57,486 nucleotides of DNA from a virus (Duplodnaviria; Caudoviricetes). The notes under the pieces were generated by a model. The model was given only the letters and a program-made list of their open reading frames with translations, was not told the DNA's origin and did not search any database. Where the stretch lies: positions 1 to 57,486 of the IMG/VR virus record IMGVR_UViG_3300027704_000029. The stretch is one strand, 5' to 3'. A program made the translations under genes and the position numbers. Shown here piece by piece: positions 55,561 to 57,486 of this stretch; within the stretch, counting starts at the first letter, position 1; every line of letters begins with the position of its first letter.

Positions 55561-55809
55561 ATGTACAGAAACGAAGAAGAATATGAGTTTTTCAACTCAA
55601 CAAGATGTAAGTGTGACGAAATAATACCAATACAAAGAGTTCAACTTGGCCATCAAGTATGTGTCGACTGCTCCACAGTAGAAGCGTATGGCTGTGCTCC
55701 ACTAATTAACCATAAAACGGGTAATTCTATCCAGATTATGTCAAGTAGTGATGCAAGAAAGATAGCTAAGCTGACTCAACGTAGAGGTTATGGCACAATG
55801 TTAGGATAA
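55561..55809 (+). CDS. DksA/TraR-like C4 zinc-finger protein
   Basis: CKCDEIIPIQRVQLGHQVCVDC; ATG at 55561 preferred over TTG 55531, which lies inside the promoter motif. Confidence 0.55.
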   Translation: MYRNEEEYEFFNSTRCKCDEIIPIQRVQLGHQVCVDCSTVEAYGCAPLINHKTGNSIQIMSSSDARKIAKLTQRRGYGTMLG

Positions 55810-55949
55810 TGAAGCTTACTAATAAACAAAAGCGAGGTGTAAGGAGACGAGTAGATCTTGAAACCGGTGTAAAATGCACCCACACTCGTGTGTTTGTTAG
55901 TAAAAAAGTATACACAAGAAAAAAGAAACATAAACAATGGAAGAAATAG
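55809..55949 (+). CDS. 46-aa basic peptide ending SKKVYTRKKKHKQWKK (ArfA-like motif), not in ORF track
   Basis: TAATG coupling; highly basic. Confidence 0.55.
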   Translation: MKLTNKQKRGVRRRVDLETGVKCTHTRVFVSKKVYTRKKKHKQWKK

Positions 55950-56095
55950 ATCAAAAACTAGATCACTGGATACACAATAGCCTGATCAAAGCAGAAATAC
56001 GTAAAGTAATAGAAAAACATATACTTAACGAGAAGGGAGAGGCTTTTAAAGCTGGTTGGACAAAAGGAGCGTTAAACATAATAAATAATAAATAG
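55937..56095 (+). CDS. Small early hypothetical protein (52 aa)
   Basis: MEEIDQKLDHW...AFKAGWTKG; fills the gap between neighbours. Confidence 0.5.
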   Translation: MEEIDQKLDHWIHNSLIKAEIRKVIEKHILNEKGEAFKAGWTKGALNIINNK

Positions 56096-56098
56096 TAT

Positions 56099-56263
56099 AT
56101 GAATAAGAAATGGATCACCGTATTAGATTACGAAACAAGTAGGGTATACCAATACCGAGTAGCAATCAATAAACATGCTGAAGAGTACATAGCATTTAAA
56201 GGACATCGACTAAAAGATGTAGAGTGGATGGAACACCAAAACAGCAAGCCAATTACAAACTAA
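56099..56263 (+). CDS. Small early hypothetical protein (54 aa)
   Basis: MNKKWITVLDYETSRVYQY...GHRLKDVEWM. Confidence 0.6.
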   Translation: MNKKWITVLDYETSRVYQYRVAINKHAEEYIAFKGHRLKDVEWMEHQNSKPITN

Positions 56264-56286
56264 ATACGATAACCAAAAGATAATAT
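56255..56286 (+). promoter_or_regulatory. Putative early promoter copy 5
   Basis: ACAA actaaa TACGA taaccaaaa GATAATAT, 4 nt before ATG 56291. Confidence 0.7.
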
Positions 56287-56290
56287 TAAC

Positions 56291-56476
56291 ATGAATACAA
56301 TAAAACATTTAAACAACGACTACATACAGCTTGGTCAACTGATTTACAAACCATACAAAGTATGTGATCTACCTCAAAACTTCGGTTGTATCGAGTTTAA
56401 CGAGAAAGAAGGCGTAAGCGAATGGTTCAACTACAAAGGCTTCACATACCTTTTCGATAAAATGGCTAAATCATGA
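56291..56476 (+). CDS. Early hypothetical protein
   Basis: ORF directly after promoter copy 5. Confidence 0.65.
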   Translation: MNTIKHLNNDYIQLGQLIYKPYKVCDLPQNFGCIEFNEKEGVSEWFNYKGFTYLFDKMAKS

Positions 56477-56577
56477 GTCCATGGGAGATGGTAGCTGAAC
56501 TCGGTATATATACTGAAGAGCAGATCGATGACATGGTGTTATGCGAGTGCGAAGAAATACTAAGACAACAAGAATAA
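56473..56577 (+). CDS. Small acidic hypothetical peptide (34 aa)
   Basis: ATGA overlap; MSPWEMVAELGIYTEEQIDDM... Confidence 0.5.
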   Translation: MSPWEMVAELGIYTEEQIDDMVLCECEEILRQQE

Positions 56578-56578
56578 T

Positions 56579-56791
56579 ATGAAATTTAATATACAAGATA
56601 GGATAGTGCTAGACGAAATGGTAGACACTTTCACAAGAGAAATGAATAAAGATCACGACAAAATGACAGATGCTAGTCAAAGGCCGATAATAACTAGAGA
56701 ATATTGGTTACAAATGATAGACGAAGTACAAAGTAAAATAGATAGCTTTACAACAGTCAAAGCTTTAACCCACAGTAGTAAATATAGATAA
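56579..56791 (+). CDS. Early hypothetical protein
   Basis: Tandem packed ORF. Confidence 0.6.
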   Translation: MKFNIQDRIVLDEMVDTFTREMNKDHDKMTDASQRPIITREYWLQMIDEVQSKIDSFTTVKALTHSSKYR

Positions 56792-56792
56792 T

Positions 56793-57386
56793 ATGAATAA
56801 ACACGAAAGATACGTAGAAGTATGTAAACAAATGGAATTACTAGGCATCAAAGATGTTAGTACACAAAGACAAAAGAATAATGATACAAGAGTATGGCGA
56901 TTACCGATCAAAAACAAGTGGAAAAACGGTAGTTTCATTGAAGTAGCAAGTTTTACTACAGGTTACGTACGTAATCAAAATAGTGGTTATAGTAACTATC
57001 AGTTAAACAAAAGATGTCAAAGCGAGCCACAATACTATCCAGAATACAAGTGGTGTGATAAGAAAGGCGAAAGCTTACTAACGGGTAAATACAACATGTA
57101 TACCACCAAAGCTTGTGTGCTAATACCTAACGAAATAGATAGATTAGAATACTTAATAGCCTATTGTCTTAAAAACTATTACATCAAGCATGCTAACTTT
57201 GTAGCCGAAGGTGTTTATGTGTCTAAGTGGGAGCATGAGTATAAGTTGAAAGTACAAGACGCTCAATATGATTGTGGTCACTATGATAGAATCAAAGAGT
57301 TGGAAAGCGACGTACACAACTTAGAGAATAAGTTAGCAACAATAGAAAGAATAGCGAGCGATAGAAATAAATGGGAAAAGGAATAA
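56793..57386 (+). CDS. Early hypothetical protein
   Basis: 197-aa ORF with C-terminal coiled coil. Confidence 0.65.
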   Translation: MNKHERYVEVCKQMELLGIKDVSTQRQKNNDTRVWRLPIKNKWKNGSFIEVASFTTGYVRNQNSGYSNYQLNKRCQSEPQYYPEYKWCDKKGESLLTGKYNMYTTKACVLIPNEIDRLEYLIAYCLKNYYIKHANFVAEGVYVSKWEHEYKLKVQDAQYDCGHYDRIKELESDVHNLENKLATIERIASDRNKWEKE

Positions 57387-57486
57387 TGGGTAAACAAAAT
57401 GAAAAGTTATTCGCTAATATAGATAATTACGAACAAGAAGTAAAAGAAAAGAAGAAAAAAACAAGACAAAAGCCTGTTAAAGGCAG
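57386..57486 (+). CDS. Partial ORF truncated by window end
   Basis: TAATG coupling; MGKQNEKLFANIDNYEQ... open to the end. Confidence 0.5.
   Translation, partial: MGKQNEKLFANIDNYEQEVKEKKKKTRQKPVKG

Noticed and set aside
1-57486. Stop-codon reassignment, introns or inteins as in some crAss-like phages
   Set aside because: terL, portal, MCP, nrdJ and groEL are intact and of ordinary length under the standard code; TAG and TGA are used as normal stops.

Overview
A 57.5 kb segment of a lytic, podovirus-like dsDNA phage, most likely infecting marine Bacteroidota (Flavobacteriia). Host inference rests on A-rich starts without Shine-Dalgarno, an Hc1-like gene and a T9SS-type C-terminal tail. The terminase-portal-scaffold-capsid-ring-stabilisation-ejection gene order resembles Cellulophaga phi38:1-like and crAss-related phages (inference). 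There are three blocks: (+) 1-3691, nucleotide metabolism and replication (MazG-like, T7 endonuclease I-like, class II RNR); (-) 53390-3811, a late arm with chaperonins, holin, fibres, head/tail genes, a 3183-aa polyvalent protein and an envelope/lysis cluster; (+) 53967-end, small early genes. The most striking signal is 11 otherwise unrelated small, basic late genes sharing an N-terminal leader M-[AGS]-[FY]-K-[ML], usually followed by KG..[ST]P-phi-(K)Q. The same motif recurs internally between modules, and one family member is an HExxH metalloprotease. This is a candidate leader-directed virion cargo/polyprotein processing system. Also found: two distinct phage promoter-like motifs (early ACAA-N6-TACGA-N9-GATAATAT x5; late GTAAA-N15/16-GT[GA]AT x4), a possible sigma-region-2-like segment in the giant virion protein, a putative T9SS cargo plus outer-membrane-protein operon, and a tRNA-like minihelix. 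All functional calls come from reading motifs by eye; no database searches were run.
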